DNA from: Bacteroidales bacterium
GTDB taxonomy: Bacteria; Bacteroidota; Bacteroidia; Bacteroidales; UBA1556
Direction: 5' to 3'
Length of the DNA stretch: 64,000 bases
Assembly (NCBI GenBank): GCA_029932765.1
Contig: JAOZPM010000001.1
Span: forward strand, 34,089 to 98,088
In this document: positions 29,332-38,556 of the stretch, piece after piece
Layout of the letters: each line of letters opens with the position of its first letter
Position numbering within the stretch: position 1 is the first letter of the stretch
Program-made: the position numbers and the translations under genes
Notes under the pieces: model-generated
What the model was told of the DNA's origin: nothing
What the model saw: the letters and a program-made list of their open reading frames with translations, nothing else
The model's database searches: none

Positions 29332-32300
29332 TTATTTATTACGTGCTTTACTTACTGATATTCTTTTAGCACCTTCGAATGCAATAATAAAAGCATCGCT
29401 TGAACCATTTTGTTTGATAATAGAACGCTCCTGTGCTGCAGCTTCGTATGTGTCAAAGGATCTACTTGTATAAATAATTAAACCACTTGCTCTTGTATAA
29501 TAGTCGAGTCCATTAGGGCTCAATGATTTCAAGCTTTGAAGCTGATCTCCTTTTCTAACACTCCTAAAGGCTCCTATTTGGACTTTATATACAATTTTTG
29601 TACTTTCAACTATATTATTACTGGTTTCGTCACTAATTTTTACTGTATTATTAGTTGAAGATGTTTGTTCTGTATTACTACTCGTATTATTACCTACTTT
29701 ATTAGTAGCTTGTTTATCACTTGCTTTATTTGCAGCTTGCTTATTCGTAGTAGTTTTATTACTAGCAACAGTAGTTGTAGTAGCTACAATTGTTCTTGCT
29801 TTAGTAATACTAATACGTTCACCTTTCTTAAATGCTACTATAAATGCATCACTTATTCCTATTTTTCTCATATTATTTCTTGATGCAACTGCATCACTCT
29901 CATTATTATAAGTGCCTGAGAAGTATCTATAATAACCTTTAGGTGTTCTATTATAAAACAGATCTTGAATATTAAATAATCGAGAAGAAGTTCTTAAACC
30001 ACCATAAACACCTATTTGAACACTATAGATTACATTATCGTCATTATATAATTCAGTATTAGCAATGCTTAGGCCTGTATTTTTAGGAGTATTAGACTCC
30101 GCCATTTTTTGTTTTTCAACAGAAGCACCATAATTTGCAACACTCAAGTTATTACTTTTGCTAGCAAGTTTAGTATCTGTATAAGCATCTCCATTATCAA
30201 TTATTCTACGAGCAGCAGCAACACTCATTCTTTGTCCGTTATAATAAGCAACTATAAATGCATCTCTATAACCCACCGAACGAATACTTAATTTTGCAAT
30301 ATTAGCATCATCATAATTAACAAATAGACCTGCTAAATATCTAGTATATGCAGAGTTAGATATTACTTCAGCGCAAACTGGCTTTATTCCTTTAAAAGTA
30401 TTTTGTGGTATTTCTTTTTTAAATGCACCTATCTGAACTTTATAAATTAAGCCCATAGGATTTTTAGGATTTACTTTAATTTTTTTAGACTCAGTATAGA
30501 ATTCTTCTTTAGATTCTTTTTTATCAGCAATATATACACCTACTATATCTGCTTTCCGTATCTTATATTCTGTAGTCTGTTTTGGTGTTAAATTATCTGT
30601 ATTTACCAAATACAATTTATCCAGCTCAATACTTGCGATTGTAGTTTTAGCTGTTACTTCAATCTTATCTTTATTATTAATACTCTTAGAAGCATTGGTA
30701 TTATTAGATTCTTTAGCAACTTCTATTTTATCAATAGCAATATTCTCTTTCTCATTATTAGCAATAATAGCTTCTGTTTTCAATAATTTCATTGCTTTAC
30801 GTTGATTACTTATTGCTAACTCAGTATATTGTTTTGCTTGTTCTTCGAATTGCACCTGTACTTCTTCTGATATATCATTTTTTTCAGCTGATACATTACT
30901 ACGATCTGCCAAAGCAAAATTTTGATCTGCAATTAGGAAAAATTCCTTAGCCTGATTTCTTATTAATTGATTTGTTGTACCATTATACATACGCATTATT
31001 ACAACATTTGTACGTTGTATCTCATTTTCAGAAATAAGGCTATTAAGCTTTTCTGCAGTTGTTTTCATTGAATCTGAATACAATCTCAAATCTTCACTTA
31101 AGCTTATAACATTCTGTTTTGAAGACCCTTCAAGAGCATTAGAACTATCTAGTAGTTCAACAGATAATTGTAAATATCTTGTTGATTGCTTTTTCAAATC
31201 CCCTACTATATTCTTATCACTTATCATGCTAAAATCTTCTTTTTCAGAATTATGGTCTTTAATATATTTGACCAAATATAGTTCACCACCTTCAATGATT
31301 CCTCTCTGCTTCTTAAGTTTTGCAATTCTTTTATCAAACTTAACATCCTTAAATCCCTCAAGAATACTAATTTCTTCATCAATAAGTACTCTTTTTTTAA
31401 TAATGAGCATATGCTTTGCTTGAGCAACCTGTATATCATTAACATATATTAGGTCTGTTGAGTTACCATAATAATAGTCCTTTACCACATCGTTATTATA
31501 CACATTATTAAGGATGTAATTACTGCTAACAATTTTGTCATCCTTATCAATAGTTGCATCAGCTAGAAAAATATCGTCATCAAAACTTACATTTTTAACT
31601 AAGTCTATTTCTGCAATTATACTAGTATCCTGTACCGCAATTGAGCTACTTCCTTCAATATAAGTACTTATTGCGTTAAACTCTTTTATTATATTACCAT
31701 TCTTATCAATTACTATTCTCTCATTTGTTATCTCTGTATCTTTAGCAATAATTTCCTCATCAATAATTAATATACTATCATTGAGTAATTCAAGTTCTAT
31801 ATTAACATTTTCTCTTTTCTTTTTGGAAATTTCCAAACTCAATTCATTTTCTAGTTTATCTTGTTTCTGAATTATTTCTGACTTTTCGTTTAAAATTTCA
31901 TCTTTAGAAATCTCAAGTTCAATTTTGTTCTCTTTAGCTATATAAAACTCTTCAGAAATTTCATTTTGGTATTCTTCCAAAGGTGTCTTTTTATTTTCAC
32001 TATCAATAACTGCAGCATAACTATCCATACTAATAGAAAGAAAATTATTTGCAGTAATATAATTCCGGTTTTCTTTAAACTCCTTTTTAATGCAAATTAT
32101 ATTGCTATCAACCTGTTTATTGCCTTCATATAATAATCTTGAGTACATTGCCCCAGCAATTGCTTTACGTTGTACTGCAATAAGTTGCTTGTTTTTATCT
32201 TCTAAACTTACTATTAATCCTGCTTTTTCCTTCGGATTATCTGTATTTTCAATTTTTTCTTCTACATTCTTAATATCAATCTTTACATCTTCAGAAATAT

Positions 32301-35300
32301 CAAAATTTACTTTTGCTAACTGTACACTCTTAGATAGTTTCTGCTTGTTCTCTTTATTTTCTTCGCTTAATTCATTAATTTTATCAATAGCAGGTGCTAA
32401 GTATTTACTACTAACAGCAATCATTGATTCATCAGTAAATTCTGGAATATAAATAGAATCTTGTTTTATAGCAATAATTACAGCTTTATTCTGCATTAGC
32501 TCTAATTTGCGAATATTTTCATTCAACTGTTTATCTTCACTATTATCTTCACTCTCTGAAACAACTTTCGCAAATTCAGAATTACTAACTTCTGGCACAC
32601 TATCAAGCTCATTATAGTGTGCAATTACTACATCTTGAGAAGAATGAGTTTCTTTTTTATCAACAAGAGCCTTCTTCTCTTCATCAAGTAATGCTAGAGT
32701 TTCAAGATCTTTTTTCTTTTCCTGATCATTATCTCCATCTGCTATTTTTGTTAATTCTTCTACTATCTCCAAATTTATTGCCTGAAGTTTTTCTTCACTT
32801 AATTCATCAAATATAGAATTACTCTTAACTTCTAAATATTCTATTTGTACTTCTTCTACTTTTTGAACTACAGTTTTATTATAAGTTTCATAGCTTTTAT
32901 CTTCATTATTAGCCAAATACTCTTCATTTTGAATTTTTATTTCTTCCAAAACTTCAATATTCTTATTATTCTCTTTCTGAATATTCTCTCCTTCTTCTAC
33001 TTTCTCAATAGCAAAACTAGTCGCCACCTTATAGCTTTTCACCTCTTTATAAAGATTCTTTGCTACTATAATTTCTTCAGGAGTAGCATTTTCTTCTGTC
33101 TTTTCGATCGATGCCATTATTTCATTAGCCTCATCTAACTTCTCCTTATTATTTTTGTGCTCTACTACTGCAACAGTCTTAAGTTTATTAATTTTATTAT
33201 TATTGAGATCAATTGCAACTTCTATACTATCGCTTTTAGATTCAAGTATTACAGTATTAGTTGCAATCAATTTTTCATTCACTTCAATATTAGAGCTACT
33301 TTCACTATCAGAACTACTATCTTTTCTTGCGATACTAGTGTTTACACCAACACCTACAGCAACTCCAACTCCTTTATTTACACCATCAGCACTATTGCTT
33401 TTATTGGAAATACTATTATCTTTCTTAGTATTATTAGCGACCTTAGTACTTTTATCAGATTCTTTTTTAGAATTTGATGCCTCAGCTATTAGCTCCGAAT
33501 TATCCGTATTACTTATAGTTAATATGGAGTCTTTATTCACATTATCTTGCAATTCTATTTTTGAATTGGCTTTATTATTATTATCAGCAATGCTTTTATT
33601 TACAGATAATTCAATATTATTATTATTTGAATCAGAACTTAAACTCACTTTAGCATTTGAGCTTTTATTTACTGTACTATCGTCTTTATTATCTGCCTTA
33701 TTTAATTCTAATTTTACTTCTGAGTTTCCCTCAGAATTACCATTAGCATTATTAGACGCTAATATTTCATTAGAATTATTTGCTAAATAATAATCATCTA
33801 ACCTATGTTTTTCTACTAATATATTACTATCAATCATAGCAATTTCGGAAACAGTAACAGTAGAGTCATCTATATAACTACTAGATTTCATATAAGATTT
33901 TATTAAATCTTCGACATCAGCAATAATACTTTCCTCTTCGTTGGCCTCCTTATTAAGGTTATTATATTCTAATACATTACTAATATTTTTATTCTTCTTT
34001 TTTTCTAAATCGGATTCTGTTAAAGCAATTAATTCCGTATACTCCTGCCTTTCTTCAGCATCAGTAGTTTTACTAAGCTCTTCATTATACATTAATAACT
34101 CCTGCCTCAAATCTTTAATTTCTATCAATAATAGTTTACCTTTAAGGTGGTATGTTTTTGATACACTACGCTTTGCAACTACCATTGCTCGCTGCAGAGA
34201 GGTTACCTGCATTACATAATCAGCAACTTTTTCGTTTCGCTTGTTTATATCATTTACATGCTGAAATGCCAATGCAACAGAATCTTTATTGTCACTATTT
34301 GTATATTTGTATATATTCTCTGTTTCAGCAAGAATTGCATTAGCATCAGCTATCATCTCAGTAATCTTTTTATCTAATTTTCCTACAATTTCAGTAGAAA
34401 GTTCAATCGTTTTTTGATGCTTTTTCAATTCCTCTATGGATTTCTCATCACCTTTTTCTGCTATTTGTTTTGCCAAAACCTTACTCTCATCTATTATTTT
34501 TATAAAATTAGTTTTCTTCTTTTGCAACTCAACTATTTTATAATTAAGTTTTTTATATGAGCTATAGCTAGAATCTATTATTGTTTCAAAATCCTCTTTA
34601 TCAGTTAATTGGATAATTTCATTACTATTAGTAGCAACTTCTGGTTCTTCAGTAGATTCCTTAATAGGAATCTTCTTTTTATAATCATCTACATTTATAT
34701 TAGTTTTGAGCTCAGCAATATCTTTCAACAATTTTACAATATCCGTTGCATCTCCTTTATCACGAAAAGCTTTAGCAAAATCTTGTTCGTTAGCCTCATA
34801 GTTAAGCCCAATATGATATACATATATTTCGCCACTAATACTTTTTCTATCTGATGAGAAATACGCCATAGCACCACTAGTATCAGGCACATAAAATACA
34901 TCATTGAAAGGAGTATTTGTAGGAAAGTTCATATTCTTACAATCATTCCAAGAGAGCTTACTTACATTAAATGTAGTTTTAAAAACATCATAGCCACCTA
35001 TACTAGTATGACCTTTTGAGCTAAAGTATAAAGTACTGCCATCCTTTGTTATATATGGGTATGCATCGTCGTAAGGTGTATTAATCTGAGCGCCTAAATT
35101 TTCGGGCTCACCCCAGTCTCCACTAGCCATCAGCTCAGACTTATATATATCCAAACCCATTTCGGCCTTATCACCATAACTTGCAAAGTATAATACATTA
35201 TCATTAGGCAGATACACCCCAAAACTAGGAGAAGAGTGCTTCTTATCGTATTTTGTTTTCAATACCGTGGGAACAGCTATAACTCTACCAAAGGATTCTT

Positions 35301-35826
35301 TAAAATTATAGCTCTTATAAAACGTTTCACTTCTTACTAATTGTTTTTCAATAACATACAGAAGTTTTATATGTGATAATAATAAAATTCCATTTTTACA
35401 TTCCTTAATTCGCTTATCAATATCGAAACTCTTAACATTACGTTTTTTAGCTAAATTTTTATAATTAGTATAAGATGTCTGAGCATCAGAAAATCTATAA
35501 TTTTGATGATATGCTCTTCCCAAATAGTAATGAACTCTATTATCTTCTATAGATAAGTCAATAGCATCAACAAAATATTTTATTGGCCGAGTTTTATTAT
35601 CAGGCTCACTATACATCATACATACTCCTAGGCGAAAGTTGTAATCAGCATTCTCGGAGTTATTACTTCTCAATGTTTGATAATATGGGTATGCAGCTTT
35701 AAAGTTATTCTTTTCAAATAGCTTATTAGCTTCTTTAATGTAGTCATCAACATCAGAGTGATTTTGAGCAACGACATTAAATTGCAAAAGAAAAATAAAC
35801 AATATGTAAAATATATGCTTTATCAA
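29332..35826 (-). CDS. Giant envelope protein: signal peptide + TPR + PD40/TolB-like beta-propeller repeats + ~1300-aa E/K/N-rich coiled-coil/low-complexity spacer + three C-terminal SPOR-like domains
   Basis: 2164-aa uninterrupted ORF with a TTG start. The N-terminus carries TPR-like segments and PD40-like segments (LYFSSKGHTSIGGYDVF, AYFSSDRKSISGEIYVY). It also contains a GVGVAVGVGV tract and three C-terminal Y(K/S)VQIG(A/V)(F/Y)...DAFI(V/I)A modules. Confidence 0.7.
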   Translation of the reverse strand: MIKHIFYILFIFLLQFNVVAQNHSDVDDYIKEANKLFEKNNFKAAYPYYQTLRSNNSENADYNFRLGVCMMYSEPDNKTRPIKYFVDAIDLSIEDNRVHYYLGRAYHQNYRFSDAQTSYTNYKNLAKKRNVKSFDIDKRIKECKNGILLLSHIKLLYVIEKQLVRSETFYKSYNFKESFGRVIAVPTVLKTKYDKKHSSPSFGVYLPNDNVLYFASYGDKAEMGLDIYKSELMASGDWGEPENLGAQINTPYDDAYPYITKDGSTLYFSSKGHTSIGGYDVFKTTFNVSKLSWNDCKNMNFPTNTPFNDVFYVPDTSGAMAYFSSDRKSISGEIYVYHIGLNYEANEQDFAKAFRDKGDATDIVKLLKDIAELKTNINVDDYKKKIPIKESTEEPEVATNSNEIIQLTDKEDFETIIDSSYSSYKKLNYKIVELQKKKTNFIKIIDESKVLAKQIAEKGDEKSIEELKKHQKTIELSTEIVGKLDKKITEMIADANAILAETENIYKYTNSDNKDSVALAFQHVNDINKRNEKVADYVMQVTSLQRAMVVAKRSVSKTYHLKGKLLLIEIKDLRQELLMYNEELSKTTDAEERQEYTELIALTESDLEKKKNKNISNVLEYNNLNKEANEEESIIADVEDLIKSYMKSSSYIDDSTVTVSEIAMIDSNILVEKHRLDDYYLANNSNEILASNNANGNSEGNSEVKLELNKADNKDDSTVNKSSNAKVSLSSDSNNNNIELSVNKSIADNNNKANSKIELQDNVNKDSILTISNTDNSELIAEASNSKKESDKSTKVANNTKKDNSISNKSNSADGVNKGVGVAVGVGVNTSIARKDSSSDSESSSNIEVNEKLIATNTVILESKSDSIEVAIDLNNNKINKLKTVAVVEHKNNKEKLDEANEIMASIEKTEENATPEEIIVAKNLYKEVKSYKVATSFAIEKVEEGENIQKENNKNIEVLEEIKIQNEEYLANNEDKSYETYNKTVVQKVEEVQIEYLEVKSNSIFDELSEEKLQAINLEIVEELTKIADGDNDQEKKKDLETLALLDEEKKALVDKKETHSSQDVVIAHYNELDSVPEVSNSEFAKVVSESEDNSEDKQLNENIRKLELMQNKAVIIAIKQDSIYIPEFTDESMIAVSSKYLAPAIDKINELSEENKENKQKLSKSVQLAKVNFDISEDVKIDIKNVEEKIENTDNPKEKAGLIVSLEDKNKQLIAVQRKAIAGAMYSRLLYEGNKQVDSNIICIKKEFKENRNYITANNFLSISMDSYAAVIDSENKKTPLEEYQNEISEEFYIAKENKIELEISKDEILNEKSEIIQKQDKLENELSLEISKKKRENVNIELELLNDSILIIDEEIIAKDTEITNERIVIDKNGNIIKEFNAISTYIEGSSSIAVQDTSIIAEIDLVKNVSFDDDIFLADATIDKDDKIVSSNYILNNVYNNDVVKDYYYGNSTDLIYVNDIQVAQAKHMLIIKKRVLIDEEISILEGFKDVKFDKRIAKLKKQRGIIEGGELYLVKYIKDHNSEKEDFSMISDKNIVGDLKKQSTRYLQLSVELLDSSNALEGSSKQNVISLSEDLRLYSDSMKTTAEKLNSLISENEIQRTNVVIMRMYNGTTNQLIRNQAKEFFLIADQNFALADRSNVSAEKNDISEEVQVQFEEQAKQYTELAISNQRKAMKLLKTEAIIANNEKENIAIDKIEVAKESNNTNASKSINNKDKIEVTAKTTIASIELDKLYLVNTDNLTPKQTTEYKIRKADIVGVYIADKKESKEEFYTESKKIKVNPKNPMGLIYKVQIGAFKKEIPQNTFKGIKPVCAEVISNSAYTRYLAGLFVNYDDANIAKLSIRSVGYRDAFIVAYYNGQRMSVAAARRIIDNGDAYTDTKLASKSNNLSVANYGASVEKQKMAESNTPKNTGLSIANTELYNDDNVIYSVQIGVYGGLRTSSRLFNIQDLFYNRTPKGYYRYFSGTYNNESDAVASRNNMRKIGISDAFIVAFKKGERISITKARTIVATTTTVASNKTTTNKQAANKASDKQATNKVGNNTSSNTEQTSSTNNTVKISDETSNNIVESTKIVYKVQIGAFRSVRKGDQLQSLKSLSPNGLDYYTRASGLIIYTSRSFDTYEAAAQERSIIKQNGSSDAFIIAFEGAKRISVSKARNK
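29335..30455 (-). repeat. Three tandem SPOR-like domain-coding modules inside the giant gene (approx. 30200-30455, 29790-30040, 29335-29600)
   Basis: Translated repeats YKVQIGAFKKE...DAFIVAYYNGQRMSVAAARRI, YSVQIGVYGG...DAFIVAFKKGERISITKARTI and YKVQIGAFRS...DAFIIAFEGAKRISVSKARNK. Module boundaries are approximate. Confidence 0.5.
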
Positions 35827-35874
35827 AAAACTATCTTTAGTTAAAACTCTGTTATAGTATAGTATTTACTACAT

Positions 35875-35882
35875 CAAAACTA
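35875..35882 (-). promoter_or_regulatory. Minus-strand -7 box (CAAAACTA = rc TAGTTTTG) upstream of the giant gene
   Basis: Exact TAnnTTTG on the minus strand, 49 nt upstream of the start at 35826. Confidence 0.35.
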
Positions 35883-35920
35883 TGATTTTTATACTTATAA
35901 TTAACAATTTTGTTACATTA

Positions 35921-35961
35921 AAAAAGCACTAAATGTTTTTAATAACAATTTAGTGCTTTTT
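35921..35961 (-). terminator. Intrinsic terminator downstream of fabI
   Basis: 14-bp stem aaaaagcactaaat / atttagtgcttttt with a 13-nt loop. The A/T runs are symmetric, so a U-tract is present in either orientation. Confidence 0.55.
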
Positions 35962-36060
35962 TTACAGCTATATTTTGAATAATATATGTATAAAAACCTA
36001 ACAAACAATGTTTAACAGAGTTTATCTATTATACAAAATCATTAAGTTTATATATAATAA

Positions 36061-36918
36061 TTAATCATCAAAATTGAACTCTCCATCTTCTACGGCTTGT
36101 TCTATGCTCTTATTATACATTTTCATGGCTCTCCAGCTCATTCCCATGCTTGAAAATCCACCATCATGGTATAAATTCTGCATGGTAACTTTTCTTGTGA
36201 GGTCAGAAAACATAACTATTGTATAATCAGCACATTCATCAGCACTAGCATTTCCTAATGGCGACATTCTTTCTGTAAAATCAATTAAAGAATCCATTCC
36301 TTTAATTCCTTTACCAGCAGTAGTCCTGGTAGGCGATTGAGAAATAGTATTCACTCTAATCTTCTTATCACGTCCGTAGATATAACCAAAGCTACGAGCA
36401 ATAGATTCAAGCATTGCTTTTGCTTCTGCCATGTCGTTATATCCAAATAATGTACGTTGAGCAGCAACATATGATAAAGCCACAACAGAACCATATTCAT
36501 TCATCGCATCAAGTTTACGCGATACTTGAAGCATCTTATGGAAGGATATTGCTGATATATCTATAGTTTTCTGAAAGAAATCGTAATTTAGGTCATCATA
36601 ATTCTTTCCTTTACGCACATTCATCGACATACCTATGGAATGTAATATAAAATCAATCTTTCCACCCAATATCTCTACTGATTTTGAAATTACCATTTCT
36701 AAATCTTCAACACTTGTAGCATCAGCAACAATAATTTCTGAACCTGTTTTCTCTGCTAATTCATTTATTTCTCCAAAACGGAGAGCCAAAGGTGTATTAG
36801 ATAAAGTAAATATTGCTCCTTCTTCGTGAGCCTTTTCAGCTGTTTTCCATGCAATAGAATCTTTATCTAAAGCTCCGAAAATAATTCCTTTTTTCCCTTT
36901 TAATAAATTGTATGACAT
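36061..36918 (-). CDS. fabI: Enoyl-[acyl-carrier-protein] reductase (NADH)
   Basis: 285 aa. Motifs GKKGIIFGALDKDSIAW, YVAAQRT..., MAEAKAMLES and SQSPTRTTAG, typical of FabI. Confidence 0.88.
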   Translation of the reverse strand: MSYNLLKGKKGIIFGALDKDSIAWKTAEKAHEEGAIFTLSNTPLALRFGEINELAEKTGSEIIVADATSVEDLEMVISKSVEILGGKIDFILHSIGMSMNVRKGKNYDDLNYDFFQKTIDISAISFHKMLQVSRKLDAMNEYGSVVALSYVAAQRTLFGYNDMAEAKAMLESIARSFGYIYGRDKKIRVNTISQSPTRTTAGKGIKGMDSLIDFTERMSPLGNASADECADYTIVMFSDLTRKVTMQNLYHDGGFSSMGMSWRAMKMYNKSIEQAVEDGEFNFDD

Positions 36919-37038
36919 AATAATTATTTCATGTTAATATTCTTACTATCAAATTTTTAATAGTTTTTTTTACAAAAAATGATTTTCTCTTACTGTATTA
37001 TTTGTATAATCTACTTCTAACTGTATATAGTTAATAGA

Positions 37039-37524
37039 CTATTTATATTTTGGATAATCGATGGTTTTTATAAGATTAGCTTCTTTATCATAAAATGACC
37101 ACTCGCCCACTCTATCTCCTTCTATCATATTTCCTTCGTAGAACTTAATTCCATTGCTATACCAAACAGTATAAATTCCACTTTCTTTACCAACTTTATA
37201 AGTTCCTTGTGCAATTAAAGCTCCTTTTTCTTCATAGCCTTTCCAAATCCCATGGCGTAGTGTATCATACATTGGACCTTCTAGCCATAAATTACCATTT
37301 CGATAATATTGCCATTCGTAATGCATTTCATTATCATTGGCCTTATAACCATACACCAACCTAATACTACCATCATCATACTTTGACTTTATAATAGTAT
37401 CACTCCATTCTTTAAACGCAGTATTTCTATCATCTTCAGTTAGTTTCTTGCTTGAAGTATCACAAGAAACAATTGCTAATGACAGAAAAATCGAAAAAAT
37501 AAAACCTTTTATTATTGTATTCAT
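37039..37524 (-). CDS. MORN-repeat (YwqK-like) lipoprotein
   Basis: 161 aa. Lipobox LAIVSC and repeated G.W..Y..NG......Y..G...G.W modules. Confidence 0.55.
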   Translation of the reverse strand: MNTIIKGFIFSIFLSLAIVSCDTSSKKLTEDDRNTAFKEWSDTIIKSKYDDGSIRLVYGYKANDNEMHYEWQYYRNGNLWLEGPMYDTLRHGIWKGYEEKGALIAQGTYKVGKESGIYTVWYSNGIKFYEGNMIEGDRVGEWSFYDKEANLIKTIDYPKYK

Positions 37525-37564
37525 AAAAAATTAATTCTACTTTAAAATTCAATAATGTGCAATA

Positions 37565-38218
37565 TTAATGTCTGCTTTCGAAATCATATTTAGCATTAAG
37601 TCTAGTAACTACATCTCCAGTAATGTCCAACTTAGGGTCAGCAGATAATAAACCGCTCATTGAACCGTAGTTTAATATCAATGTATAGTTCTTCTCTAAT
37701 CTATAATTATTAAGAAATGAAATGATTGTATCTGTAACTTCAGAACTAATGGCTTGACGCTGCATAGAACTTTGTTGTCCCAAATTCTGCTCCATTTCCA
37801 TTAAACCTTGCTGCTCTTTTTGCAATCTAGCTTCTGTATCTTGTTGCTGCTTAAGAGTTAGCATGCCAGCTTTTGCCTGCTCAATATAATTATCATAATC
37901 TTCTTTTAACTTACGAGCCTTATATTCATATTTCTTTTGAATTTTAGTTTCAAATGCTTGAATCTTCATACTAGCATCTTGATAAAACTTATATTTAGTC
38001 ATTAAACTATCTGTATTCACATAAGCAATAGAAATCCCAGAAGACGTTGCTGTGCTTTGAGTAGCAACATCAGCTTGAGCTACAGGTATCTCTTCAATAC
38101 TCTTTTGTGTTTCTACATTATCAGATTTAGCATCTCCTTCAACAGGTTGATTACACGACTGAAACATAAATAATGATGTACTAATTGCTGCAATAGCTAC
38201 TACTTTTGTTAATTTCAT
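37565..38218 (-). CDS. OmpH/Skp-family periplasmic chaperone-like lipoprotein
   Basis: 217 aa. Signal peptide with a Cys (FMFQSC), a Q/E/K-rich coiled-coil core, and the IAYVNTDSLM start typical of OmpH family proteins. Confidence 0.6.
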   Translation of the reverse strand: MKLTKVVAIAAISTSLFMFQSCNQPVEGDAKSDNVETQKSIEEIPVAQADVATQSTATSSGISIAYVNTDSLMTKYKFYQDASMKIQAFETKIQKKYEYKARKLKEDYDNYIEQAKAGMLTLKQQQDTEARLQKEQQGLMEMEQNLGQQSSMQRQAISSEVTDTIISFLNNYRLEKNYTLILNYGSMSGLLSADPKLDITGDVVTRLNAKYDFESRH

Positions 38219-38463
38219 AATTGTTTATTTATTATAATTTATACCTTTTAGATATTCTATTAATATTTGAATTGGCAAATATATGAAAGATATAAGAACT
38301 ATTACCCGAAAATAATAAGATTTTTATTCAGTTATTCACATGATAGTTTTAATTATATGACTGATTATCTTGGTTTTAATTAATATTATTTGTTAATAAA
38401 CCTATCTTTAATAAAAAAACTGTGCTAAAACAAAAATAAATCTCCATAGAATACAATTATTCA

Positions 38464-38471
38464 TATTTTTG
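38464..38471 (+). promoter_or_regulatory. -7 box TATTTTTG upstream of the DUF349 gene
   Basis: Exact TAnnTTTG, 85 nt upstream of the ATG at 38557. The predicted leader contains a 7-bp hairpin, aacgtat-taagaag-atacgtt. Confidence 0.35.
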
Positions 38472-38556
38472 CAGTAATATATTATATAACGTATTAAGAA
38501 GATACGTTGGAAACTAAGCATTTTAATAATAATCAAGATTTAATCAAACAAGATTG

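Noticed and set aside
33155-33790. 211-aa plus-strand ORF (and the overlapping 106-aa ORF) antisense to the giant gene
   Set aside because: It is a leucine/serine-rich low-complexity translation that mirrors the E/K/N-rich codons of the 2164-aa gene. It lies wholly inside a much longer, domain-bearing ORF and has no promoter box or independent support.
37039-37524. The YwqK-type 'antitoxin' as evidence of a toxin-antitoxin locus
   Set aside because: It is a lipoprotein made of MORN-like repeats with no toxin partner nearby. The family name is misleading in this context.
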